Shown: positions 28,631-40,762 of the stretch, piece after piece
Numbering within the stretch: the first letter of the stretch is position 1
Layout: every line of letters begins with the position of its first letter
Assembly (NCBI GenBank): GCA_951406725.2
Contig: OX597821.1
Coordinates: 109,182,001 to 109,246,000, forward strand
Direction of reading: 5' to 3'
Source of the DNA: Octopus vulgaris
Taxonomy: Eukaryota
Length of the DNA: 64,000 nt
Notes under the pieces: model-generated
Seen by the model: the letters and a program-made list of their open reading frames with translations, nothing else
Databases searched by the model: none
What the model was told of the DNA's origin: nothing
Translations under genes and position numbers: made by a program

Positions 28631-28662
<32 letters not shown>

Positions 28663-28829
28663 GAATATATGTATGCATATATATATATATAAATTAGGGT
28701 ATCTACGAGATACCACCATGCTGAAAATAGCAGCCATGAACCGACTCTAAAAACCACCCTAAGTTTTCATTTAGCAACATGGAGAAAAGACAAAGAGACA
28801 AGATGAAACTAGTAAAAAATTACTGGATA

Positions 28830-28888
28830 ATTCTAGATCCCGGATTTCTGACTTTGCATTTAGAAATGCTTTGCCTCTTCAGTAGAAT
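28830..28888 (-). ncRNA. Type I hammerhead ribozyme, copy 1 of tandem pair
   Basis: Minus strand ATTCTA-CTGAAGA-GGC(AAA GCATTT CT AAATGC AAA)GTC-A-GAA-ATCCGGGAT-C-TAGAAT: 6-bp stem I, CUGANGA core, stem II, GAAA, short stem III, AUC cleavage triplet. One extra A precedes GAAA. Confidence 0.75.
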
Positions 28889-28908
28889 ACACTCAGAAAG
28901 AAACATAA

Positions 28909-28962
<54 letters not shown>

Positions 28963-29346
28963 CATACGAATGCTTACATATACGAACGTGTACACACGTA
29001 TATATGCACGTATGCATCAAGGCTAGTTCAAAATGCCCGCTAATTCCATGTGCTATATGGTAAAATATCACCGCAGTAAATACATTGACGAAATAAATTT
29101 AAATTTATATAAATAAGGATAAGATCGTTAATTTAAAATAAAATAGCCAACCTATCAAGTGGTCAGCATGAACAAAATAACCTTCAAAGGTAATAATTAT
29201 TAAAATTATAAATTAGAGTATCTACGAAATACCACCATGCTGAAAATAGCAGCCATGAACTGACTCTAAAACCCACCTTAAGTTTTCATATAGCAACATG
29301 GAGAAAAGACAGAGACGAGATGAAACTAGTAAAAAATTACTGGATA

Positions 29347-29405
29347 ATTCTAGATCCCGGATTTCTGACTTTGCATTTAGAAATGATTTGCCTCGTCAGT
29401 AGAAT
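29347..29405 (-). ncRNA. Type I hammerhead ribozyme, copy 2 of tandem pair
   Basis: Same fold with core CTGACGA; the only core difference from copy 1 is at the variable N7 position. Confidence 0.75.
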
Positions 29406-29421
29406 ACACACAGAAGGAAAC

Positions 29422-29455
<34 letters not shown>

Positions 29456-29967
29456 TCAACATACGAATACTTGCATATACGAACGTGTACACACCTATTT
29501 ATGCGGGCATTTAGAACTAGCCTTGATGCATACGTGCATATATATGTGTGTATACGTTTGTATATGTAAGTATTCGTAGATTATGTGTAGATCATGACAC
29601 TTCCACATTGGTGAGCTTGCGGTCATGTTTGGTATCAAATATCCTTTCCACGGTTCATCTTTAGTATTTGCTAAATGCTTGAAGACAAAAATGGTATTTC
29701 TTGATCTATTCTAATTATTTCACTTCTGTAGCTTCTTGCTATCGTCTTCGATTATTATTTCTTTTTCGTAAATGTTCTTGTATTACGATCGCTGTTTCTC
29801 ATATTCTCACAGTATCGATCGATCCATCTCCTGTTTAAACTCCCTCCTTCAACAGTTCTAATTATCTGACGGTTACCGTTACTTTTTTTTTTTTTTTCTT
29901 GTGTTCCATGATTTTTAGTTAAATTGTTTTGAATTACAAATAAAATGTTGTTATCGTTGCTGTTTTC

Positions 29968-30396
29968 GGATCTTTTCGGTTTGAACGGCAATTTTTTTCT
30001 AGCGGTGTAATATGAAATTGTCACCCATAATAATGACCCTAGTATCGATCTATTGCATTTCAATCTGTTTTAGGGTTAGGGTTAGGGTAAGGGTTAGGGG
30101 TGGGGGGAAGGGTATCTTTTTCTTCCGAAATGTAAAAAAACCCAATCTGTTTCTTAAACGAGGGACATATTCATACGGCACAGAATGTTTTCACCTCAAT
30201 AGACGTCATTGATTTGTTGAAATTGCAGAAATTGAAGAAAAAAAACAACAAATATCTTACAAACTATAGAATTTTCTCAATAAAGCCAAGAGAAAAAGAT
30301 GTCTTATAAATACATTCTACCAGTAATACGAAGTTTAAAAGTGTTTAGTGACGTGGAAATTATTTTCAAAAACTGCCGGTCAAACCGAAAAGATCC
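29968..30396. mobile_element. Unclassified TIR MITE with 6-bp TSD and internal (TTAGGG)n
   Basis: TIRs GGATCTTTTCGGTTTGA.CGGCA / TGCCGGTCAAACCGAAAAGATCC; GTTTTC duplicated on both sides. Confidence 0.8.
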
Positions 30397-31286
30397 GTTT
30401 TCTGTCGAGCGCTGATCAAGGAAGCAATTCTGTGATTTTAGTTGGGAGCGGGTTATCATAGACTCTTTTGATGTAATGTATCAGTCATTTTGTAAGATTA
30501 TTGAAAGTGATTTGAGTAAGCAAGGATCAACATAATTAAAATAAGTTAATTACATCACAAAACACAGGCACCTCTTAACGTCTTCCTCAAAAGGTTCTCC
30601 TCTAAACCGTTGTTATTTCATCAGAATTAATGGCTATTTTTTATTCAGAGCAATGGAGTAGTTATATCAGTCGATTAAAACAGGCCAAAAATGTAGGTTG
30701 ATGTTTTTGTTTTGGTGACTGATGTTGTTTTTGTTGTTTTTGTTGTTTTTGCTGTTGTTGCTTTGTTGTCGTTGTTTACGAGGTCAGCTGCGTTTTAGCA
30801 ATTCTATCCTTGAAGACATCACAATGGTGAACTTGCCATCTTTTATTCAGATAGAGTGTGTCTAGGAATATATTATCTAACGCGTTTTTTCTTTCCTTTT
30901 TCTTTCATTTTTCTTTATTTTTCCTCATTTTCTTTTTTCTTAATCTTCTACCGATGCTAGTTTAAAATTTAAAACAGATTAGGCTGCCATTTCTAGCATG
31001 TGGAGTAACTGAATGAAAGCTTACTCGTTGCCTCAGATCCTTTGCGGCTGTTGTTTTTAGCCCTAGGCTCACCGTGTATAGGCTGACCTGAGATGTAGCT
31101 CTTCAGTCCTAGACCAATTCTCTATGAGCAGGCTTGTGATAATCAGCTTCAGTTTCTACATTGTCTCAGGCATCCTTTCTTTCCTACGACAGCAAAGTGA
31201 GCGTGGTTTGAGGGAGGAATGACATCTATTCTTAACATCTCTAGCACTACGTATAGAAACCCCCACATAATATTATTAAGACGAGT

Positions 31287-32046
31287 AAGGCAGTGAACTG
31301 GCAGAACCGTTAGCACGCCGGACAAAATGCTTAGCAGTATTTCGTCTGCGTTACGTTGTGAGTTCAAATTCCGCCGAGGTCGACTTTGCCTTTCATCCTT
31401 TCGGGGTCGATAAATTAAGTACCAGTTACGCACTGGGGTCGATGTAGTCGACTTAATACCTATGTCTGTCCTTGTTTGTCCCCTCTGTGTTTAGCCCCTT
31501 GTGGGTAATAAAGAAATAGAAATAGGTATTTCGTCTGCCGCTACGTTCCACCGAGGTCGACTTTGCCTTTCATCGTTTCGGGGTCGATTAAATAAATACC
31601 AATTACGCACTAGGGGTCGATATAATCGACTTAATCCGTTTGTCTGTCCTTGATTGTCCCCTCTATATTTAGCCCCTTGTGGGCAATAAAGAAATAACAA
31701 ATGTTAGCACGCAGGGCGAAATGCTTGGCGGTATTTCATCTGCCGTTACGTTGTCAGTTCAAATTCCGCCGAGGTCGATTAAATAAGTACCAGTTACGCA
31801 CTGGGGTCGACTTAATCCGTTTGTCTGTCCTTGTTTGCCCTCTCTGTGTTTAGCTCCTTGTGGGTAGTAAAGAAATAGGTATTTCGTCTGACGCTACGTT
31901 CTGAGTTCAAATTCCGCCGAGGTCGACTTTGCTTTTCATCCTTTCGAGGTCGATAAATTAAGTACCAGTTACGTACTGGGTTCGATCTAATCGACTGGCT
32001 TCATCCCCCAAAATTTCGGTACTTGTGCCTAGAGTAGAAAAGAATA
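31287..32046 (+). mobile_element. SINE family A, multi-unit
   Basis: Four partial units plus CCCCCAAAATTTC..GTGCCTAGAGTAGAAAAGAATA tail. Confidence 0.85.
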
Positions 32047-32126
32047 TTTCTCCCGTATTCACTCCCATCCTAACTTGATTACTAAAAACTTGGTAAAAAA
32101 AATAAAAGTTTTAAAAATGCTTTAGG

Positions 32127-32530
32127 TATTCTTTTCTACTCTAGGCACAAGCTACGAAATTTCTGGGAAGTGGGGCCAGTCGATTAGATCGACCCCAGTA
32201 CGCAACTGGTACTTAATTTATCGATTCCGAAAGGATGAAAGGCAAAGTCTACCTCGGCGGAATTTGAACTCAGAACGTAAAAAGAGACAAAATACCTATT
32301 TCTTTACTACCCACAAGGGGTTAAACACAGAGGGGACAAACAAGGACAGACAAACGAATTAAGTCGATTACATCGACCCCAGTGCGTAACTGGTACTTAA
32401 TTTATCGACCTCGAAAGGATGAAAGGTAAAGTCGACCTCGGCGGAATTTGAACTCAGAACGTAATGCCAGACGAAGTATGGCTACGTATTTCGCCCGGCG
32501 TGCTAACGTTTCTGCCAGCTCACCGCCTTA
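32127..32530 (-). mobile_element. SINE family A, two units
   Basis: Inverted relative to 31287-32046. Confidence 0.85.
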
Positions 32531-33374
32531 GATTACTTAATAATAATCAATCTATTGCACAGCGTTCAAACCCACCTGAAGTTCGTATCCTGGGGCCATT
32601 CATCTTTTTGTCTCACTGTATTCTCTATCAGTTTCTCTCTTTAGGAAAAATCAGCTGTCGTCAGACTTGGAGAGGCGTATTTTGTTCCTATTTCTAGCAT
32701 GACGAAAGACCGAGTCTGCTGTTATTATAACAACAGCGATACAAAAAACACAGCCAACTGACTTAATTCTTTTGAAACTTTTAAGCAATTTTGCATACAA
32801 TGTCCTAATTAGTCAAAGGATTTTACAACAATTTCCATTCCTATATGGTACGAAATTTAAATATCATAGACTCCCCACTGAGCTTAAAGTTAAAAAGAAA
32901 AAGAAGAGGAGGTAACAGAAAGCATAGCACACACAGTTCGTGGCTTACAACTGTGTTTTGTTCCAGCTACAACACCTACTTAAACATAAATTGTAGGGTT
33001 GTGCTTTTCACACAGGTGGAATACATAAACCACATAACATAACCCAGTTGTTTTATCTATTATCGTTGTTGTCTTGGCCGTGCTCGCGTTGTCATCGTTG
33101 ACGTCAATAGCAAAAAGTCAGAGCTGGTAGCATGGAGGCAGCGGCGACGGCGACGGCGACGGCGGCGACGGCGGCGGCGGCGGCGCAATTGTTGTTGTTG
33201 ATGGTGTTGGTGGTGGCTATGGTGGTGGTGGTGGTGGTGGTGGTGGTGGTGGTGGTGGTGGTGCATCGTTCGTTCGTGTCTTTCTTCCTCCACAAAATTT
33301 TTGTTTGAATCGACTTTGATTGTTTCTACAGACAAACAGTTGTTAGCAACTGGCGTTCTTGCTTTATAAGGCTA

Positions 33375-34740
33375 TGTATGTATGTGTGTGCATACATGTA
33401 TGTATGCATGTGTGTATGTATGTATGTATGTGTGTGTATGTATGTATGTATGTATGTATGTATGTATGTATGTATGTATGTGTGTATGTATGTATGAATG
33501 TATGTATGTATGTATGTATGTATGTATGTATGTATGTATGTATGTATGTATGTATGTATGTATGTATGTATGAATGCATGTATGCATGTATGTATGTGTG
33601 TATGTATGTATGTGTGTATGTAAGTCTGAATGTATGCATGTATGTATGTATGCATGTATGTATGCATATGTGTGTATGTGTGTATGCATGTATGTATGTG
33701 TGTATGTATGTATGCATGTATGTATGCATATGTGCGTATGTGTGTATGCATGTATGTGTGTATGTATGTATGTATGTATGTATGTATGCATGTATGTATT
33801 TATGTGTGTATGTATGTATGCATTATGTATGTAAGTTTGAATGTATGTATGTATGCATGCATGTATATATGCATATGTGTGTATGTGTGTATGTATGTGT
33901 GTATGTATGTATGTACGTATTTATGCATGTATGTATATATGTATGTATGTATGTATGTATGTGTGTATGTGTGTATGTATGTATGAGTATGTGTATGTGT
34001 GTATGTATGTATGTATGTACGTACGTATGTATGTATGTATGTATGTATGTATGTGTGTATGTATGTATGTATGTAAGTATGTGTGCATGTATGTATGTGT
34101 GTATGTATGTATGTATGTATGTATGTGTGTATGTATGTATGTGTGTATGTATGTATGCATGTATGTATGTATGTGTGTATGTATGTATGCATGTATGTAT
34201 GTATGTGTGTATGTATGTATGTGTGTATGTATGTATGCATGTATGTATGTATGTGTGTATGTATGTATGTATGTGTGTGTATGTGTGTATGTATGTATGC
34301 ATGTGTATTCATGTATGTATGTGTATGCATGTGTGTATGTATGTGTGTATGCATGTATGCATGTATGTATGTATGTAAGTCTGAATGTATGTATGTATGT
34401 ATGCATGCATGTATGTATGCATATGTGTGTATGTGTGCATGTATGTATGTATGTACGTATGTATGTATGTATGTATGTGTATGTGTATGTGTGTATGAAT
34501 GTATGTATGTTTGTATGTATGCATCCATGTATGCATGTATGTGTGTGTATATATGTATGTATGTATGTATATGTGTATTATGTATGTATGTATGCATGTA
34601 TGTATGTGTGTATGTATGTGTGTATGTATGTGTGTGTATGTATGTGTGGATGTATGCATGTATACATGTATATTTCCATATATGCATGGTGTGGGGTGTG
34701 TGCATAGATAAATATATGTGTGTATGTGTGTGTGTGTGTG
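33375..34740. repeat. Degenerate (TATG)n array of about 1.35 kb
   Basis: TATG/TGTG/CATG variants; marker GTAAGT.TGAATG recurs three times. Confidence 0.95.
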
Positions 34741-35097
34741 TGGAAATGTATATTCCCACATATAAATATATGCATACATACACATGTTGTGTGTGTGCGT
34801 GTGTAGCCTTTTATTCTTTTATTTGTTTCATTCATTAAACTGACGACCATACTGGAGCAGCACTTTGACTTTCCTGATGACATTGATCCCAATAGAAATC
34901 TCAAGTTTTGCACCTATCCTATCGATCACATTTTACGAAGCGCTAAGTTACAAGCATATATATATAATCCAACATAAACACTTAGAATGTAGGCTTATTA
35001 TTGCAACTTACAATATTCCATTACCAAGAGTTTTATTTCGCTATTTTTGGTGGGGGGCATTCTTCAGGCGGTGTTGGCTGATAGAACAGGTTCACCC

Positions 35098-35187
<90 letters not shown>

Positions 35188-35356
35188 ACAACATTATCAT
35201 AGCGAGCCCAGGAAGATGGCTGCTACGGCGTTATCGATCTTCGAAAAGAGCTTCATAGGGATTGAGTTACAGAACGCAGAGTGCCGGAAGAAATGACACA
35301 AGGCATTCCATTGGATGCTCATACGACTCTGGTCGTATGCCGCCGCGAACAATAAG

Positions 35357-35424
<68 letters not shown>

Positions 35425-35425
35425 G

Positions 35426-35475
<50 letters not shown>

Positions 35476-35494
35476 GGTGGTGGTGGTGGTGGTG

Positions 35495-35535
<41 letters not shown>

Positions 35536-35598
35536 GGTGGTGGTGGTGGTGGTGGTGGTAGTAGTAGTAGTAGTGGTGGTGTGGTGGTGGTGGTGGTG

Positions 35599-35645
<47 letters not shown>

Positions 35646-35714
35646 GGTGGTGGTGGTGGTGGTGGTGGTGGTGGTGGTGGTGGTGGTGGTGGTGGTGTAG
35701 TAGTAGTAGTAGTA
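35357..35714. repeat. Alternating (GTA)n/(GTG)n blocks
   Basis: Direct inspection. Confidence 0.95.
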
Positions 35715-36199
35715 AATAACGACTTGACAAGTATAATACTCGCTTGACCTTTAAGTTTCGTTTTTCGGGTCATCACAACCTGGAAAGAAGTCACAACAAC
35801 AACAACAACAACAACAACAACAGCATCAGCAACAATGACGGTGATGACGACGGCGTGCCGAAGACAAAGAACAAAACAACAACAACAAACAAAAAAGCAA
35901 AAAGAATCAAACCAAAATAACAAAACATCATTGTGTGTGTCTGTGTAGATGTGTGTGTGTATTATGTGTATGTATGTATGTATTGATGTATTTATATACA
36001 TATATATTTATACTATAATCTTTATGTAAGTATGTATGCTTATATGGATACGTTAGCACAAAATACATAGTTATGTAATATATGCACGTGCTGTATATGT
36101 TTGTGTGTGTATGTGTACTTATGTGTGGGCGGGTTGGCGGGTTGGCGAGTCGGCGTGTCTCTCTAATGTACATGTGTATATATACATACATGCACACAG

Positions 36200-36241
<42 letters not shown>

Positions 36242-36242
36242 T

Positions 36243-36448
36243 ACGGAGATGTACTCGTATAGCAAGTAATTTGATCTGAGATCGTGTGCTGAAACGAAAA
36301 CAATTGCAGCGTGGAAGGTGTTTATAAGCCATTTAAGAACCACACAAAAGCCGTTCGATTCACTTCAACATTTAAGTTTAATTTGTCAAAATATTTTCGT
36401 CGCTAAAATCCGCGACCTGTTCACTGACAAAGTCCGTGCTGCATCTCT

Positions 36449-36450
<2 letters not shown>
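36243..36450 (-). mobile_element. HHR-bearing repeat family F
   Basis: Flanked by (TA)n; 36245-36380 is homologous to the reverse complement of 4998-5134. Confidence 0.55.
36382..36431 (-). ncRNA. Hammerhead ribozyme with G3:C8 core variant
   Basis: Minus strand TTTGTCA-GTGAACA-G-GTCGC GGATTTTA GCGAC-GAA-AATATT-T-TGACAAA: 7-bp stem I, 5-bp stem II, palindromic stem III. Confidence 0.6.
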
Positions 36451-36502
<52 letters not shown>

Positions 36503-36507
<5 letters not shown>

Positions 36508-37155
36508 CTCTGAACGAGATGTAAACAGTAACTGCACGACATTGTAAGGTATACTAGCCATCTTAATATGGCTAACCACTAAGGGTGGGTGTTACTGTAG
36601 CTTGTAGCTCCTGGAGATCATCGTCTCCAGCTGGCTTTAGGCACACTTTCTGGGACCTTATGGTATTTGCAAAGGGAGGTCATCCCTCCCTCGTCAACCT
36701 AAGTGATACGCACTGACTGCAGTTTCTAGGTATTTGCCTGTCTTCGGCGTACGGCAATCAATATGGTTAGCCATATTAAGATGGCTAGTACACCTTACAT
36801 TGTCGTGCAGTTACTGTCTACATCTCGTTCAGAGATTTATTATTGCTTGCAGACAGTTTTTCGAGATCAGTGACGAAAAGTTCCTGGAAAAACGATATAT
36901 AAGGATTTGCATTGTGCCTCCCTTCATCGAAAACCGGTGATTGCCGTACGCCGAAGACAGGCAAATACCTAGAAACTGCAGTCCGTGCGTATCACTTAAG
37001 TTGACGCGGGAGGGATGACCTCTCTTTGCAAATACCATAAGGGCACAGAATGTGTGCCTAAAGCCACCTGGAGACGATGATCTCCTGGGGTTACAAGACA
37101 CAGTAACACCCACCCTTAGTGGTTAGCCAAATTAAGATGGTTAGTATACCTTACA

Positions 37156-37157
<2 letters not shown>
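36503..37157. mobile_element. Composite inverted-repeat element (A-B-rcA-spacer-rcB-rcA')
   Basis: 36503-36578 recurs inverted at 36765-36838; 36545-36760 recurs inverted at 36938-37157. Confidence 0.7.
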
Positions 37158-37217
<60 letters not shown>

Positions 37218-37341
37218 TGTATTATGTAGGAGCGTACCTGTGTGTGTCTGTATATGTACATATTTGTGGGCGGGTCGGTGGGTCTCCCTATTCGTATGTG
37301 TGTGTATACATGCATGCATACATACATACATACACACATGT

Positions 37342-37475
37342 GGCTGGCCAGATTGGAGCAATCTCGTGAATAATCAGCCGAAATTGCGAAGATAATCTGG
37401 TACTCGACTAAGGAATGACCCTTCCTTGTTTTCTTTGTATCTTCAATCTGAATGTTTTATTGTCCCAATAAATAT
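37342..37475 (+). mobile_element. Short repeat family G (GGCTG..CAGCC-GAAA stem, possible truncated HHR element)
   Basis: Homologous to the reverse complement of 53128-53304 (TAATCAG.CGAAATTGCG..GATAA.CTGGTACT.GACT..GAATGACCCTTCCTTGTTTTCTTTGTAT). Confidence 0.45.
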
Positions 37476-37485
37476 ATATATATAT

Positions 37486-37825
37486 AGGCACAGGAGTGGC
37501 TGTGTGGTAATAAGCTTGCTTCCCAACCAAATGTCTTCTACTATAGCCTCGGGCCGACCAAATCCCTTTGAGTGGATTTGATAGACGGAAACTGAAAGAA
37601 GCCCGTCATATATATACATATATGTATTTGTGTATCTGAGTTTGTCGCTTGACGATCGATGTTGGTGTGTTTACTTCCCCGTAACTTTGGCTTTCGTCAA
37701 AAGAGACTGGTAGGACAAGTACTAGGCTTACAAAGAGTAAGTCCTGAGGTCGATTTTTGTTCAACAAAAGGCGGTGCTCCAGCATGGCCGCAGTCAAATG
37801 TCTGAAACAAGTAAAAGAGTAAAAG
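37486..37825 (+). mobile_element. SINE family B with deletion
   Basis: Consensus match. Confidence 0.8.
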
Positions 37826-37836
37826 AACGTGTGCGT

Positions 37837-37887
<51 letters not shown>

Positions 37888-38415
37888 TATATACGCACAT
37901 ATATACTATGGCGATGGCGATGACGATGACGATGACGTCGACAACAGAGGTGAGAGGAGGACGAAGCAAATACGCAAATGAAAAACTGCACATTAAAATG
38001 CAGAAAATATGCAGACTGTTGCAACAAGTTTGTTTTCTATTATACAATGCGAACAAAATAAAATAAAACAGAACAAAAACAAAAACAAAAATTAAAATCA
38101 AAAACAAATAAATAAATATGCAAATAATGCGCTGAAATTTTACGATCTGTCATAGAGATATATCGTTCACGTTTCCATTCAACAACGGTCATAAAACATT
38201 TAGAAAAGATCTCTCCATGGTGCAGTTTGAAAGAATGGAGATGACCGTGTATATTAGGCGCGGGTGGAGGGAGGCGCTGTGATTGGGGACTGGTGGAGTG
38301 GCTAAGTTGAAGCGGGGAGGAGTGGCTCTTGGTGGTGGTTCAACCTGTCAGAAATATAGAGCAGCGCCGAATATTATTAAGAGAGTAAAATGTTGCTGAG
38401 ATCAGGGCATCGTGA

Positions 38416-38447
<32 letters not shown>

Positions 38448-38451
38448 AATG

Positions 38452-38497
<46 letters not shown>

Positions 38498-38868
38498 TAA
38501 TAATAATCTGTTGTGTCTGGGGAGAGTCATTTTCTTTTAGTGCCTTATTATTTAACACACTCACCGGTAAAATTTCCACTTATTTCTTATTTTTTATTTT
38601 CCTAAAATGTTCGTTGCGTCTTGCAACCTTTTCAATGGTCTTGACTCTTGAGTCAAGACTATTGAAAAGGTTGCAAGACGCAACGAAAATTTTAGGAAAA
38701 TAAAGAAGGAAATGAGTGGAAATGTTACCGGTGAGTGTGTTAAATAATAAGGCACTAAAAGAAAATGACTCTCCCTAGACACAACAGAATATGCTTCAAC
38801 ACACGAACCCATATAAAGAATCTTGCAAACCAAATCCAAAAACGAAAAAAAAAAAAAAAAAAAAAAAA

Positions 38869-38914
<46 letters not shown>

Positions 38915-38917
<3 letters not shown>

Positions 38918-39450
38918 GCCCTGGCGCAGTTCCAGGCAGTAGCTCTCTTGGCTTCTGATCTTAACTGATTGGAAGTGTTATCGTGTACATTGTTTTGTCT
39001 TGGTATAAAAGATGGGCTACAGCAAATATTCTGCTCATTACAAATTTGATTGCCAGTTGTTTGACCATAACCAGTTGAGCATGTCCCTTGGTGGCTTATG
39101 ATACGTGCATCTCTGATCACAAGTAGAGGTTGTGGGGAACCATAGCCATCTGTTGAGGGGGATTCTTTGGTTTTTAAATAATTCACCTCTGAAAACATGG
39201 GTGTTTCTTTTAGCAACCCTCATTCAAGTAATTTTTGAACGGGATGGTCTACTCGATCTGAAGAAAACTAGCTGGACCCCACCATGAAGATCATGCGCTG
39301 TTTATCTTGATGTGAGATCATGTGACGCACATATGGTTGTGATGCATATGCATGGTGTACCCTTATCAAACGGGCATTCATGACGAGCATATTGGGCTTC
39401 GTATATTTTACCCGTGTCACTGTGATGGCATGCACTGCCCTCTCACTCAA
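38915..39450 (+). mobile_element. Interspersed repeat family D (probably LINE-derived, in (AAT)n)
   Basis: Direct homology to 40047-40510; no ORF recognised. Confidence 0.7.
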
Positions 39451-39466
39451 CTATAATAATAATGAC

Positions 39467-39706
39467 CCTTTCTACTGTAGGCACAAGGCCTAAAATTTGG
39501 GGGGAGGGGAGTAATCAAAGTAATCATCGACCCCAGTGTTTCACTGGTACTTAATTTATCGATACTGTAAGGATGAAAAGTAAAGACGACCTCGGCGGAA
39601 TTTGAACTCAGAACGTAGCGGCAGACGAAATACAGGCTAAGCATTTCGCCCGGCGTAGAAACGATACTGCTAGCTTGCCGCCTTAATAATAATGATGATA
39701 GTAATA

Positions 39707-39769
<63 letters not shown>

Positions 39770-39997
39770 GTGCTAATAATAATGATAATCTTTTCTACTG
39801 GAAACACAAGGTCTGAAATTTGGTGGGAAAGGAGTAATCAATTACATCGACCCCATTGTCTCACAGGTACTTATTTTTACGACCCCGAAGGAATGAAAAC
39901 CAAAGTCGACCCCGGCGGGATTCGGATTCAGAAGCGGCAAACGAATTACCGCTAAGAATTTTGCCCGTCGTGCTAACGATTCTGCCAGCTCGCCGCC

Positions 39998-40000
<3 letters not shown>
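39467..40000 (-). mobile_element. Two SINE family A copies
   Basis: 39467-39685 and 39791-40000; a further fragment at 40517-40640. Confidence 0.8.
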
Positions 40001-40046
<46 letters not shown>

Positions 40047-40048
<2 letters not shown>

Positions 40049-40510
40049 GGCTACAGCAAATATTCTGCTCAATACCACAGATTTGCTTGTCAGTTGTTTG
40101 ACCTTAACCAGTTGAACATGTCCCTTAGTGGCTGACGATATGTGCATCTCTGATCACGAGCAGAAGTAGTGGGGGAGCATCATAGCCATGTGTTGAGAGG
40201 GATTCTTTGGGGTTTGAATAATTCACCTCTGGAAACATGGGTGTTTCGTTGAACGTCCTTAAACAACCCTTATTCAGGGACCTTTTGGGCGGGATGGGTT
40301 ACTCGATCTGAAGAAAATTCAAACTGGGCTCCACCTGCAAGGTCATGTGCTGTTTATCTTGATATGAGATCACCATGTCGCGCACATATGGTTGTGATGC
40401 ATGTGCCTGGTATACCCTTATCAGACGGGTAGTCATGATGGGTATACTGGGCTTCGTATATTTTACCCCAGTGTCACTTTGATGGCATGAACTGCTCTCT
40501 CACTCAATTA
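40047..40510 (+). mobile_element. Family D second copy
   Basis: ATGGGCTACAGCAAATATTCTGCTCA...CTCTCACTCAA shared with 38915-39450. Confidence 0.7.
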
Positions 40511-40726
40511 ATAATACTTTCTACTGGAAGCACAAGGCCTAAATTTGGGAGAAAAGGCTAAGTCGATTACACAGACCTCAGTATGTAACTGGTACTTATT
40601 TAATCGATCCCGAAAGGATGAAAGGCAAAGCCGACCTCGAATATTGAGGATCTGTCCTCGCTTGGAGTGCTAGACGCATTCAAGGCGCTTGAAGTCACAG
40701 CGGTAGAGCGTCCAAGTCTCACAAGC

Positions 40727-40762
<36 letters not shown>

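Larger units (their letters stand above)
28690..29578 (-). mobile_element. Retrozyme/Penelope-like non-coding element: partial tandem dimer plus inverted segment
   Basis: Direct repeats about 28690-29000 and 29210-29495, each with an HHR; 29503-29578 is the reverse complement of 28965-29040. Confidence 0.65.

Noticed and set aside
30070-30107. Telomere
   Set aside because: Only a few TTAGGG units, internal to a MITE.
31287-32046. Regularly spaced repeats resembling a CRISPR array
   Set aside because: These are tandem SINE units without unique spacers, in eukaryotic DNA with no cas genes.
34870-34905. CTGATGA..GAAA hammerhead-like string
   Set aside because: It lies in a decayed SINE B tail and stems I and III are unconvincing; likely chance.
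33326-34913. Long ORFs up to 339 aa (MYVC/HTYI repeats)
   Set aside because: They are translations of the (TATG)n array, open in many frames on both strands.
40131-40160. CTGACGA motif in family D
   Set aside because: Followed by GAAG without a proper stem II, and not conserved in the other copy.
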